From a bacterium (GTDB taxonomy: Bacteria; UBA8248; JACPRG01; G963555815): a stretch of DNA of 64,000 nucleotides. Shown piece after piece: positions 18,873-28,060 of this stretch. The stretch covers positions 704,001 to 768,000 of the forward strand of contig OZ244653.1 of NCBI GenBank assembly GCA_965218795.1. Reading direction: 5' to 3'. Position 1 is the stretch's first letter. The number at the start of each line of letters is the position of its first letter. Below the pieces are notes generated by a model. The model ran no database searches, was not told the origin of the DNA, and saw only the letters and a list, made by a program, of their open reading frames with translations. Position numbers and translations under genes: made by a program.

Positions 18873-20330
18873 ATGCCTGAAGCCCCGGTCGATCTTCTGA
18901 TAGAGAACGCTCGTTTCGTCCTGACGCAGGATGGAGAACGAAACCTTCTGGAAGAGGTATCCATCGCCGTTCAGGGGGACACGATCGCCGCGGTTGGCCC
19001 GGCGCATGAAGTCGCAAAACGGTTCAAGGGCGCCAGGACCCTCGACGCTTCGGATCGGCTCGTGACGCCGGGGCTCATCAACGCCCACACCCACATGGAA
19101 TCCTGTTTTGACAAGGGGCTTCTGGACGACGCCCCGCTGGTCGCCTACGTAGACCGGAAGTATTCCTTCACGTGGGATACCCTCACGGCGGAAAATTACT
19201 ATTACGCCGCGCTGCACACGATGCTCTCCTGTCTCAAAACCGGAACCACCACCGTTGGCGACTGCGGCACGATTCCTCCCATGGAGGATTCAGTCGTCCG
19301 CGCCGTCCGCGACATCGGAATCCGGGGCGTGCTGGCCCGCGTGATGATGGACATCCACACGGAAACCCTCCTCCCGCAGCGTCTCCAGGAAAACACGAAA
19401 CAGTCCCTGGAGAACGGTGAAGAATTCCTGAAAGCATATCAAGGCGAGGCGGCCGGCCGGGTTGTGCCTGCGCTTGACATCCAGCAGGTTTGCAACAGCA
19501 CCCCGGAGCTTTGCGAAGGGGTGATGGAGCTGGCGGAAAAGTATGACGCGGGGATCCATACCCACGCGGCCGTCACTCATGAAGTCGTGGAACTGACCCG
19601 CAAGCGGACGGGCATGCGGGACGTAGAGTTCATGCACCACATCGGCGTCCTGGGACCTCGGCTGATAGCCGGCCACATGGCCTGGCTCAACGCGCGCGAG
19701 CTCGATTTGATGAGAGAAACCGGGGCGCATGTCGCCCACGTGCCGGGGTCCAGTTTGCATGGGGGCTATGGGTCCGCTCACGCCCGGAGTCGGATTCCCG
19801 AGCTCGTGAATCTGGGCGTGAACGTTGCGCTGGGCAACGACGAGACGAACACCGGCACATGCCACGACATGGTGCGGGAGATGTATCTGGTGGCCGGGTG
19901 CCACGCCGAGGCCCGCGGGACGCACGTTTTTCCCGACGAAGACCTCTTTCAGCTCCGCTCGGGCGCAACGCAATCCATCGTCATCGATATGGCGACGCGC
20001 AACGGGGCGAAGGCCCTGCGGATGGAGGATGAGGTCGGCAGCATAGAGGCGGGCAAAAAGGCGGACCTGGTCTTGTGGGACCTGACGAGCTACGAGTGGG
20101 TCCCCACGGCGCGTCAGAACCTGGTGAGCAATTTCATATTCAACGCCACGGGCCGGAGCGCGAGGACGGTGATCGTGAACGGGGTTCCGGTGATCGACGA
20201 CTACCGCCTGACGACGATGGACGAGTCGGAGATCCTTCGCAAGGCGCAGGAATTCGGGGAGGGGATCATCCCCACGGCCCCTTGGCTCCGGGAGCCGGAG
20301 ACCTGGGAACTGAAGTGGGTGAGAGAATGA
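18873..20330 (+). CDS. Metal-dependent amidohydrolase (ATZ/TRZ/MtaD-like), copy 2
   Basis: Tandem paralog whose 3' third is identical to copy 1. Confidence 0.9.
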   Translation: MPEAPVDLLIENARFVLTQDGERNLLEEVSIAVQGDTIAAVGPAHEVAKRFKGARTLDASDRLVTPGLINAHTHMESCFDKGLLDDAPLVAYVDRKYSFTWDTLTAENYYYAALHTMLSCLKTGTTTVGDCGTIPPMEDSVVRAVRDIGIRGVLARVMMDIHTETLLPQRLQENTKQSLENGEEFLKAYQGEAAGRVVPALDIQQVCNSTPELCEGVMELAEKYDAGIHTHAAVTHEVVELTRKRTGMRDVEFMHHIGVLGPRLIAGHMAWLNARELDLMRETGAHVAHVPGSSLHGGYGSAHARSRIPELVNLGVNVALGNDETNTGTCHDMVREMYLVAGCHAEARGTHVFPDEDLFQLRSGATQSIVIDMATRNGAKALRMEDEVGSIEAGKKADLVLWDLTSYEWVPTARQNLVSNFIFNATGRSARTVIVNGVPVIDDYRLTTMDESEILRKAQEFGEGIIPTAPWLREPETWELKWVRE

Positions 20331-20346
20331 ACCAGAGAAATTCGCG

Positions 20347-21594
20347 ATGGACCTGATCATCCGGAACGCCCGTGCATTCGGAGTCGAATCCGATGTGCCG
20401 GTGGATATCGGCATTGAGAAGGAACGGATTCTTCGGATTTCGCCTGAACTCGACGAGAAGGCCGAACGGGAGATCGACGCCGGGAACCGCCTGGTCAGCC
20501 CCCCGTTCATCGAGCCCCACATCCACCTGGACAAGACGCAGATCGCCGGGGACATTCCCCCGAACCGCGCCGGCACGCTTCTTGGCGGCATCGAGGTCAT
20601 CTGGGAGAGGAAGCGCCGGTACACCGTGGACGATATCGTGGCCCGGGCGGGCAGGACCATCGAAATGTCCGTCCGGAACGGAACCACCAGGCTGCGTACC
20701 CACGCCGATGTGGATACCATCGTCGGCCTCAAAGCGGTGGAAGGGCTTCTGGAGGTCAAACGGCGATTCGCCGACCTCGTGGATATCCAGATCGTCGCAT
20801 TTCCGCAAGAGGGCATCCTGCGCGACCCGGGCGCCGAGGACCTGCTGTGGCGGGCGATGGAGGCGGGGGCCGATCTCGTGGGCGGGATGCCGCACCACGA
20901 GATGAAGCCGGAACACTGGGCCGATCACATCGACGTCGCCTTCCATATCGCCAAGCGCTACGATGCCGATATCGACATGCACGTCGACGAGACCGACGAC
21001 CCGGCCATCCGTTCTCTGGAGGTCCTGGCCGAGTGGACCGTCGCCGAGGGTTATCAAGGCAGGGTCACGGCCGGTCACACGTGCGCCCTCGCTGCGTATC
21101 CCGACGATTACGCCGAGGCCGTGATCGCCAAGGTCAAGGAAGCCGGCATTCATATGATCACCAATCCGGCGACCAACCTGGTCGTTCAGGGCAGGGGAGA
21201 CCGGGGGCTCATCCGGCGGGGAATCACACGGGTGAAGGAATTGCTGGCCGCGGGGATCAACGTGGCCTTCGGCCAGGACTGTGTCTATGACGGGTTCTAT
21301 CCCTTTGGCACGTCGGACCTGCTGGAGATTGCGCTCCTCACGGCTCATGTGGCCCAACTTTCTCTTCCGGAGGAGATTGAAGAGGCGTTCCGGATGCCGA
21401 CGGTCAATTCCGCAAGGGTTTGGGGGCTGAAGAATTACGGAATCCGGGAGGGCGGGCCGGCGGATTTGGTGGTGATCGATTGCGAGACCGTCCCTGAGGC
21501 GGTCCGGCTTCATCCCCCCAGGCTGTTTGTGGTGCGGCAGGGCAGGGTCATTCTCGAGTCGAGCCTCGCCAGCCAGCTATACCGGACAGTCTAG
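20347..21594 (+). CDS. codA: Cytosine deaminase-like amidohydrolase
   Basis: PFIEPHIHLDK, RTHAD, IVAFPQEG, DMHVDETDD, TAGH, FGQD. Confidence 0.85.
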   Translation: MDLIIRNARAFGVESDVPVDIGIEKERILRISPELDEKAEREIDAGNRLVSPPFIEPHIHLDKTQIAGDIPPNRAGTLLGGIEVIWERKRRYTVDDIVARAGRTIEMSVRNGTTRLRTHADVDTIVGLKAVEGLLEVKRRFADLVDIQIVAFPQEGILRDPGAEDLLWRAMEAGADLVGGMPHHEMKPEHWADHIDVAFHIAKRYDADIDMHVDETDDPAIRSLEVLAEWTVAEGYQGRVTAGHTCALAAYPDDYAEAVIAKVKEAGIHMITNPATNLVVQGRGDRGLIRRGITRVKELLAAGINVAFGQDCVYDGFYPFGTSDLLEIALLTAHVAQLSLPEEIEEAFRMPTVNSARVWGLKNYGIREGGPADLVVIDCETVPEAVRLHPPRLFVVRQGRVILESSLASQLYRTV

Positions 21595-21609
21595 GAGACG
21601 AAAAGGCCC

Positions 21610-22464
21610 ATGAACATTCACCAACTCTCACGCACCATCATGTGGCCGAATCGTCTGCTTTTCGGTCAGGGTTCGGCTATGGAGACCGGGCCGGAAGCCG
21701 TGCGTTTCAGTAACGGTCCCGTCCTCGTTGTGACCGACCCCGGAGTGATGGAGGCCGACCTCTTGGCTCCCGTCAAGGCGTCCCTCCAAAACGCAGGACT
21801 CAAAGCGGAGATATTCAGCGGTTGTGAGCCCAATCCGACGGACACGCTGGTGGCTGATTTGGCGGGCCGTATCAAAACGGGGGGCTATGGCTCAATTGTC
21901 GGCGTGGGCGGCGGAAGTCCCGTAGATACCGCCAAGGCGGCCATGGTGGCGGCGACCCATGCCGGAACCATCCATGACTATGACATCGCCGATAACGGAG
22001 ACGAGCGGATCAGGGATATCATGCCGCCACTTTTGGCGCTTCCGACTACAGCGGGAACGGCGACGGAAGTATCCGAAGCGGCTGTTGTCACCCACACAGG
22101 GGTTGACCCGCCTTACAAGATGGGGATCATCAGCCCGTACCTCATCCCCAAAGTGTCTATCCTGGATCCTTGTCTCACCTTGACGATGCCTCCTCAACTC
22201 ACAGCCGCCACGGGGCTCGACGCCCTGAGCCACGCCATGGAGGCCCTGGTCTCTTCCCGGGAATGGCCCTTTGCCGAGGCCTTGGCCCTCAAGGCCATCG
22301 AGATGATCGCAAACGCTCTTCCCGAAGCCGTGCGCGACGGCGGCAACCTCCAAGCCAGAGCCGATATGCTGCTGGCCTCGACCATCGCCGTCCTGATTGG
22401 CGTGGCCCGAAAGGCCATCTACCCAGCGGCCCTTCTGTTGCCCTACAAACGGGGCGAGCACTGA
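21610..22464 (+). pseudogene. Iron-containing alcohol dehydrogenase, C-terminally truncated
   Basis: GGGSPVD, PTTAGTATE and DALSHAME are present. Similarity ends at MLLASTIA, before the His-containing C-terminal metal-binding segment; the product is only 284 aa. Confidence 0.75.
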
Positions 22465-22471
22465 GGGACGC

Positions 22472-23233
22472 TTAGCTGATGATCGTCCCGCCGTTAATGT
22501 CGAGGGTGACCCCCGTAATCCAGCCGGCCTCCTGGGTGACGAGGAACCGGATGGCCTCCGCCACGTCATCCGCTTCGCCCAGCCGGGGGACGGCCGCGTC
22601 GGCCATGAGCCGGTCGAGGGTGTCCCGGGGCAGATTTCGGTTCATGTCGGTGACGATGGTTCCCGGAGCGATGGCGTTGGCCGTGATACCGTACTCCCCG
22701 TACCGCTTGGCGACGCTGCGTGTGAAACCGAGTACCCCGGCTTTGGACGCGGAATAGGCGGCGCTCATCTGGGCGCGCCCATACCTGCCGGCGATGGACG
22801 CCACGCTGACGATCCGCCCGTACCGCTGGTCCATCATGGCGGGCAGCACAGCCCTGGCGCACAGGTAAACACCCTTGAGGTTGACGGCGATCACGCGGTC
22901 CCACTCGTCTTCCTCCAGATCTTCCAATGGCGTCAGAGTGCTCAAGCCCGCAACGTTGACGAGGATGTCAACGCGCCCGAATCGTTCCATCACCCGGTTG
23001 CGCATCTCCTCGACGCTTTCTCGATCCGAGACATCCAACGGGACGGGCAGTGCGGTTCCCCCCTCGTCCCGAATTTCCGAGGCCGTCCGGTCGGCATTGT
23101 CCGGGGTGTGCGTGGCCACGGCGACGCTTGCGCCCTCACGGGCGAGGGTCAGGGCGGCGGCTTTGCCGATCCCCCGTCCCGAACCCGTAACGACGGCGAC
23201 CCTTTCGCGGAGTCTCTGGCCTTCAGGCGTCAT
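22472..23233 (-). CDS. FabG-like short-chain dehydrogenase/reductase
   Basis: TGSGRGIG, YSASKAG. Confidence 0.92.
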   Translation of the reverse strand: MTPEGQRLRERVAVVTGSGRGIGKAAALTLAREGASVAVATHTPDNADRTASEIRDEGGTALPVPLDVSDRESVEEMRNRVMERFGRVDILVNVAGLSTLTPLEDLEEDEWDRVIAVNLKGVYLCARAVLPAMMDQRYGRIVSVASIAGRYGRAQMSAAYSASKAGVLGFTRSVAKRYGEYGITANAIAPGTIVTDMNRNLPRDTLDRLMADAAVPRLGEADDVAEAIRFLVTQEAGWITGVTLDINGGTIIS

Positions 23234-23245
23234 CGTTTGATCCCG

Positions 23246-24010
23246 TTATTCCTCGAAGATGGCGACGGCGCGGGTCCACGCCCCGCTGCCCCGCTCGACC
23301 TTGATGGGGAAACAGGCCACCTTGAACCCGTGGGGCCGGGGAAGCCGATCCAGATTGGAAAGTTTCTCGATCTGAAAATACTCGCTTTCCTTGCCGGCGA
23401 AATGGGCCTGCCAGAATTGGTCTTTGTCGCCCGCTTTCAAATCTTTCGCCATGGCGGAGAAAGGAATATCCATGCCCCAGGCGTCAATGCCGATGACCTT
23501 CACGCCCTTGGAGGTCAGGCTGAGGATGGATTCCCGCGTCATGCCGGGCTGAATGTCGAGGAACTTCGGGCTGTCGATGTATTGGGCGACGCCGGTGTGA
23601 ATGAGCGCTATATCCCCCGGCTTGACGGTGTACCCGATCTTCCCGATGGCCTCCTCGACCTCCTCCGCCGAGATTTTCTCTGCGGGCCTCTTGTGCGTGA
23701 AGTCCAGACAGAAGCCGTCGCCGAAAAAGTTCTCGAGCTCCAGTTGATCGATGGTACGCATTGGCCGTCCCGCGCTGTCGACCGGAGCGTAGTGATACGG
23801 CGCGTCCACGTGGGTGCCCGCGTGCGTCACGAGATGGACCTGCTCCGAGGCGGACCCGTGGCCGTGGGGGAGGTCGTCCACTTCCACGCCGAACCGCTGG
23901 GCCCACCGCCGCCCGTTTTCGTCGTGCGTGATGTAATGGATGTCCAGCAGCATGCCGTCGAACGTTCCGTTGTGCAGGGGCACGCTGAGGTCGATGATTT
24001 TCCGTGGCAT
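23246..24010 (-). CDS. Cyclase family (kynurenine formamidase-like) metal hydrolase
   Basis: HAGTHVDAPYH, IGIDAW, FQIEKL. RBS AAGGAG before ATG at 24010. Confidence 0.9.
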   Translation of the reverse strand: MPRKIIDLSVPLHNGTFDGMLLDIHYITHDENGRRWAQRFGVEVDDLPHGHGSASEQVHLVTHAGTHVDAPYHYAPVDSAGRPMRTIDQLELENFFGDGFCLDFTHKRPAEKISAEEVEEAIGKIGYTVKPGDIALIHTGVAQYIDSPKFLDIQPGMTRESILSLTSKGVKVIGIDAWGMDIPFSAMAKDLKAGDKDQFWQAHFAGKESEYFQIEKLSNLDRLPRPHGFKVACFPIKVERGSGAWTRAVAIFEE

Positions 24011-24389
24011 GTTACGCTCCTTGGGATTAGGATTTTGTGGTACGAGCAAGTCACTCATCTTATTCGCCGATACGGGCACAGGTCCAGTCGATGAGGGTCT
24101 CGGTGATTCGCAGATTTGGGTGAAGATCCCTGGGGGCAGGCACGGCCTGCACCGATTTCGCCGGGCACAGCGGTGAAACAATTATAATCCCGTCGGTCAG
24201 CCCGGCTGCGGTGCCGAACAGGCGCCGCGAAAGCGCGGAGGCGCATTGCCTCCAAAAATCGCCGCCCGCATCATCGGTTCCGCGAAATGGCCGGCCAGCA
24301 AGCGCCAAAAAAGGCTTCTGGGAAGGATCTCTGGAATCTTGAACGTTTCCTTGAATTGGGGAGAACTGAGATAAAGGCCTCGCGCCGAA

Positions 24390-25841
24390 GTGGCTCGAGT
24401 CGATATGGAGCGGATCGTGTCTGACAGGCCTCGAAGCGTCGCGGTTATCGGAGGCGGGATTACCGGTCTGGCGGCCGCCTGCCGCATGGTGACGGAGGCG
24501 CGCAAGCGGAATATTGCGCTCGACGTTCAGGTGCTGGAAAGCTCCGGGCGGTTCGGAGGAACGATCCAGACCAGCCGTGAGGCCGGGTGCCTGATGGAGC
24601 ACGGCCCGGATTGTTTTCTCTCCAGTAAGCCCGAGGGAGTCGCGCTCTGCAAGGAGCTCGGGCTGGAGAGGGACCTGATCGGGACCAACGAGGAACACCG
24701 CCGAAGCTTTATCCTTCGGGGAGATGCCCTCCTGCCCGTCCCGCCTGGTTTTTATCTGCTGGCTCCCACATCCATGATTCCGTTTCTGAAGACGCCCATC
24801 TTCAGCTGGGCCGGGAAGCTCCGAATGGGACTCGACCTGTTCATCCCCCGCGGCGGAGGAGATGGAGACGAGACCCTGGCCTCCTTCGTGCGGCGCAGGC
24901 TGGGACGGGAGGCGCTGGAGCGCATGGCCCAGCCCATGGTGGCTGGGATCTATTCCGCCGACCCTGAGGGGTTGAGCCTAGAGGCCACGTTCCCGCAGTT
25001 CCTGGAGATGGAAAAACGTGACCGGAGCATCATCATCGGGCTCCGCCGCCGGATGAAGGCGGGCAAGGAGACCGCTTCGACCAGCGGGCCGCGATACGGG
25101 TTGTTCGTCTCTCTGCGAGACGGTATGAGAAACCTGGTGGACGCCCTGCTTGAGCGCATCCCGAAGGATTCGCTGCGCGCCGGCTGCGCGGTCGTCGGGA
25201 TGGTGCACAACGGAGAGAGGTGGAGGGTGGAGCTGGAGGGGCGGGATGCGATCGAAACCGATGCCGTTTGCCTCGCGACGCCCGCCCGCCCCGCCGCCCG
25301 AATTCTCGGGACGATCGCCCCGCGGCTGGCCGGTGAGCTGGAAGGAATTCCGTACGGCTCCATCGGCACCCTCAATCTCGTGTTGCGAAGGGATCAGGTG
25401 AGGCACCCGTTGAACGGGATGGGATTCGTCGTGCCCGCCATCGAGGGCCGCCGGCTGTTGGCCTGTTCCTTCTCCAGCACCAAATTTGCGGACCGGGCCC
25501 CGGAAGGCCGCGTCCTCCTGCGGGCGTTCTTCAAAGAGGCAGCGGGGTTCGAGACGGCAGCCGGCCCGGGTGAAGAGATCGATCCCATCCTCGCGGAGCT
25601 TCGAGCAATTCTCGGGATCCAGGGGGAGCCGGAAGCCAGTCTCCTCGCCTGGCATCCGGGCGCGATGCCGCAGTATCAGGTCGGCCATCTGGAGCGGGTC
25701 GCCAGGCTCGAGGAAGGGGCCAATGCCTTGCCGAACTTCGCCCTGGCCGGGAGCGGTTATCGCGGTGTAGGTATCCCGGATTGCGTCGCCTCAGCCAATC
25801 AGGCGTCCGAACGAATACTGGAATCGCTCGGTTTCGGTTAA
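24390..25841 (+). CDS. hemY: Protoporphyrinogen/coproporphyrinogen oxidase (HemY type)
   Basis: IGGGITGLAAA, EHGPDCF, AMPQYQVGH, GVGIPDCV. True start may be slightly downstream. Confidence 0.92.
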   Translation: MARVDMERIVSDRPRSVAVIGGGITGLAAACRMVTEARKRNIALDVQVLESSGRFGGTIQTSREAGCLMEHGPDCFLSSKPEGVALCKELGLERDLIGTNEEHRRSFILRGDALLPVPPGFYLLAPTSMIPFLKTPIFSWAGKLRMGLDLFIPRGGGDGDETLASFVRRRLGREALERMAQPMVAGIYSADPEGLSLEATFPQFLEMEKRDRSIIIGLRRRMKAGKETASTSGPRYGLFVSLRDGMRNLVDALLERIPKDSLRAGCAVVGMVHNGERWRVELEGRDAIETDAVCLATPARPAARILGTIAPRLAGELEGIPYGSIGTLNLVLRRDQVRHPLNGMGFVVPAIEGRRLLACSFSSTKFADRAPEGRVLLRAFFKEAAGFETAAGPGEEIDPILAELRAILGIQGEPEASLLAWHPGAMPQYQVGHLERVARLEEGANALPNFALAGSGYRGVGIPDCVASANQASERILESLGFG

Positions 25842-25900
25842 TGAGGTACGTTGCAGCAGAGCGAAAATCATTGAGAATGGGATCAGGTTCATTTGTAAAC

Positions 25901-25944
25901 GGCCTGGAAATGGCCATGAAACGCCCTTGCAAGGGGCGTGCATG
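25901..25944 (+). repeat. Degenerate 11-bp-period array (4 units)
   Basis: ggcctggaaat/ggccatgaaac/gcccttgcaag/gggcgtgcatg. Confidence 0.6.
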
Positions 25945-26002
25945 AACCGGTTTCGACGCCGGCGGTGGCCGATCAGCCCGCACCGACGAATAAGTTAAGG
26001 AT

Positions 26003-27085
26003 ATGGATATGACCGGGGTCTGGACGAACAGTGGCACCGGATGGGAGTTAAGCCCGCCTCAGGCGTATGAGGACGAGGCCACGCTGCACAGACTCATCAA
26101 AGAGAACCCACAGTTCTTGCCGTTGAGCGGTTCCCCTCGCCTGATGCTTCTAGGTTCTGAAGTACAACTGGGAACCGGATACGCGGACATCCTTGCGGTT
26201 GAATCGTCCGGACGTCCCGCGATTATCGAGGTGAAGCTGGGCCGCAACCCTGAGGCGCGCAGGACGGTCGTGTCGCAGATTATTGCGTATGCGGCCTTCC
26301 TTCAAGGATTCGATAGCGAGAGCCTTGAGCAGGGTCCTCTCCGCAAGTCTCTTGCGGATGCAGGCTATGGATCCATACTCGATGTGGTGAAGGCTCAAGA
26401 CCAGGAAGGGGCCGTTGATTCTGATTCATTCATGGCCTCGCTGCAAGACTACCTGGAACAAGGTCATTTCAGACTGGTCCTTGTGTTGGATGACGTTCCG
26501 GCCGAATTGGAAAGAGTTGTCGCTTATCTGGATGCCATAACCGTTCAGGCGCTGACGATCGATCTGATCACGCTCAGGGTCTATGACGTAAAAGGAGCGC
26601 AGGTCGCTCTACCCCAGCGCGTCTCGCCTGATCTCAGCGCGACGATGCCGGTGACGCCGTCTGGTAGAGCGGGGCCTGCCGTATCCCGGGGAAGGCTCAC
26701 GGATGGCCCCGACGCATTTCGAGCTTCAATCTCGGAAACCACCGGCGAAACCCGTGATACGTTCGACGAATTGATTGCCTGGGCGGAAGACTTGGCCTCG
26801 CTGCCGAATGTGCGCCTCTTCACTTACAGCGGTATCGGACGGACCACCCTCTTACCGAAAATCATGCCGGACAACGCTGGGCTTGTGACCATCTGGAACG
26901 ACAAGCAGCAGCCATATATCCAGGTTTGGCGGACGGTGTTTGAACGGCGCGCTCCCAAAGCGATTGAATCCGTTGAACGAGTGATCGAGCCGGCCAGAAT
27001 AGGGCAGGGAAATTCTCTCAAGAGCATCACGCCTGCAATCCTGGAAGCGTTGACGCAGGCGTATAGGGAGGCGACCGGGGACTGA
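26003..27085 (+). CDS. NucS/DUF91-like PD-(D/E)xK endonuclease-domain protein
   Basis: E..L...I...P, then YADILAV...PAIIEVKL...RTVVSQIIAYA. Codon usage differs from the neighbours. Confidence 0.75.
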   Translation: MDMTGVWTNSGTGWELSPPQAYEDEATLHRLIKENPQFLPLSGSPRLMLLGSEVQLGTGYADILAVESSGRPAIIEVKLGRNPEARRTVVSQIIAYAAFLQGFDSESLEQGPLRKSLADAGYGSILDVVKAQDQEGAVDSDSFMASLQDYLEQGHFRLVLVLDDVPAELERVVAYLDAITVQALTIDLITLRVYDVKGAQVALPQRVSPDLSATMPVTPSGRAGPAVSRGRLTDGPDAFRASISETTGETRDTFDELIAWAEDLASLPNVRLFTYSGIGRTTLLPKIMPDNAGLVTIWNDKQQPYIQVWRTVFERRAPKAIESVERVIEPARIGQGNSLKSITPAILEALTQAYREATGD

Positions 27086-27174
27086 ATCTCCGGGTTACCG
27101 GGGACACCACTCCGTCATGAATGCCTTTCGGATTGCGGCGCCCCCAGCTGAAACCATCCAGAAGCGGGCTCTCG

Positions 27175-27228
27175 GTCATTCCCGCCCTCGATTAAGACAT
27201 TCGAGGACAGGCTGCAGCAGGAATCCAG
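27175..27228 (+). repeat. REP/dRS3-like palindrome carrying a nested ~28-bp hairpin insert
   Basis: gtcattcccg-ccctcgattaagacattcgaggacaggct-gcagcaggaatccag. Confidence 0.7.
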
Positions 27229-27327
27229 TTCTTTGTCCTTGTCCGGTTGGACATCGCCGCCCCTGAATACTCTTGTCTCGGGCCTGCCCCGGCATGTATG
27301 AGACAACGGTAACGGGAACCCATCATG

Positions 27328-27393
27328 AGGGCTGAAATAGGGGTTCAATGGGCCTTGAACGGCCGTGAAAAGGGGCTGAAACGGGCGTGCATG
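27328..27393 (+). repeat. Degenerate 11-bp-period array (6 units)
   Basis: agggctgaaat/aggggttcaat/gggccttgaac/ggccgtgaaaa/ggggctgaaac/gggcgtgcatg. Confidence 0.6.
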
Positions 27394-27427
27394 GCCTCTT
27401 TCCGATGGGCATTGATTCGGCCTTGTC

Positions 27428-27453
27428 TGGATTCCCGCTTTCGCGGGAATGAG
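27428..27453 (-). repeat. REP/dRS3-like palindrome
   Basis: tggATTCCCgctttcgcGGGAATgag. Confidence 0.85.
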
Positions 27454-27607
27454 ATGCTGGCGGCGAATCCCTGAAGGCTCTTGTTGGAGGCCATGCCGCA
27501 TGGGTTCCCGCCGTTGTCCGGCAACAAGGCCGCTCCCTTTGCCGCGTGAAGCGGAACGGCTGTCTCCCCGCACCGGAAAATCCGCAGGCTGCGCCCTTGA
27601 TTTGCCG

Positions 27608-27629
27608 ACTCCCCCTCAAAGGGGGAGTG
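27608..27629. repeat. Second-family short palindrome ACTCCCCCTCAAAGGGGGAGT
   Basis: Perfect intergenic stem with no U-tract; single copy in this window. Confidence 0.5.
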
Positions 27630-28060
27630 ATGTATGAAGGGGCCGCACCGGCGGATCGGTGTTCTCCCGGGTGCGCTGTCTGACGCGCAGCGGGGCGCTG
27701 TCGGCGCATCCAGGCTTTAAAGGCTGTCAACCCCTTCCGTCGTTACAATGTCCCGGAAAAGGCGCTTGTTACGCGATTTTTAGCCGATCAAAGGCAAGGA
27801 AGCGGCGGTCGGATTTTGTGACGCGCGGCGCGCATTTGAAGCGCATCTTTGCGGAGCGCGCCCACGGTAAAATAACCGGCCCCCGTTGCGATATTTCCCA
27901 TTATTCCCCGAAACGCCGGGCCCTTCAGTTATTTCTCTCCCTCTTCAACCAGCCCGGTTCTCCCCTGACCTTGGCGTTGGATGCGCCGCGTTGTTCCGTC
28001 ATCGAGGTACAGGCCATGGCTGCCGGCCGCGCGATTCCCGTCAGGAGGGAGGCCGCGGCT

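Noticed and set aside
22462-22464. UGA stops of the truncated Fe-ADH and of other genes as further Sec codons
   Set aside because: They are not at Cys-equivalent positions and there is no homologous in-frame continuation.
25901-27393. 11-bp arrays or REP clusters as a CRISPR array
   Set aside because: No constant repeat with unique spacers of regular length, and no cas genes in the window.
27659-28060. 276-aa plus-strand ORF starting at 27659
   Set aside because: Mostly antisense to the ThDP enzyme, and the 5' part has no coding signature.
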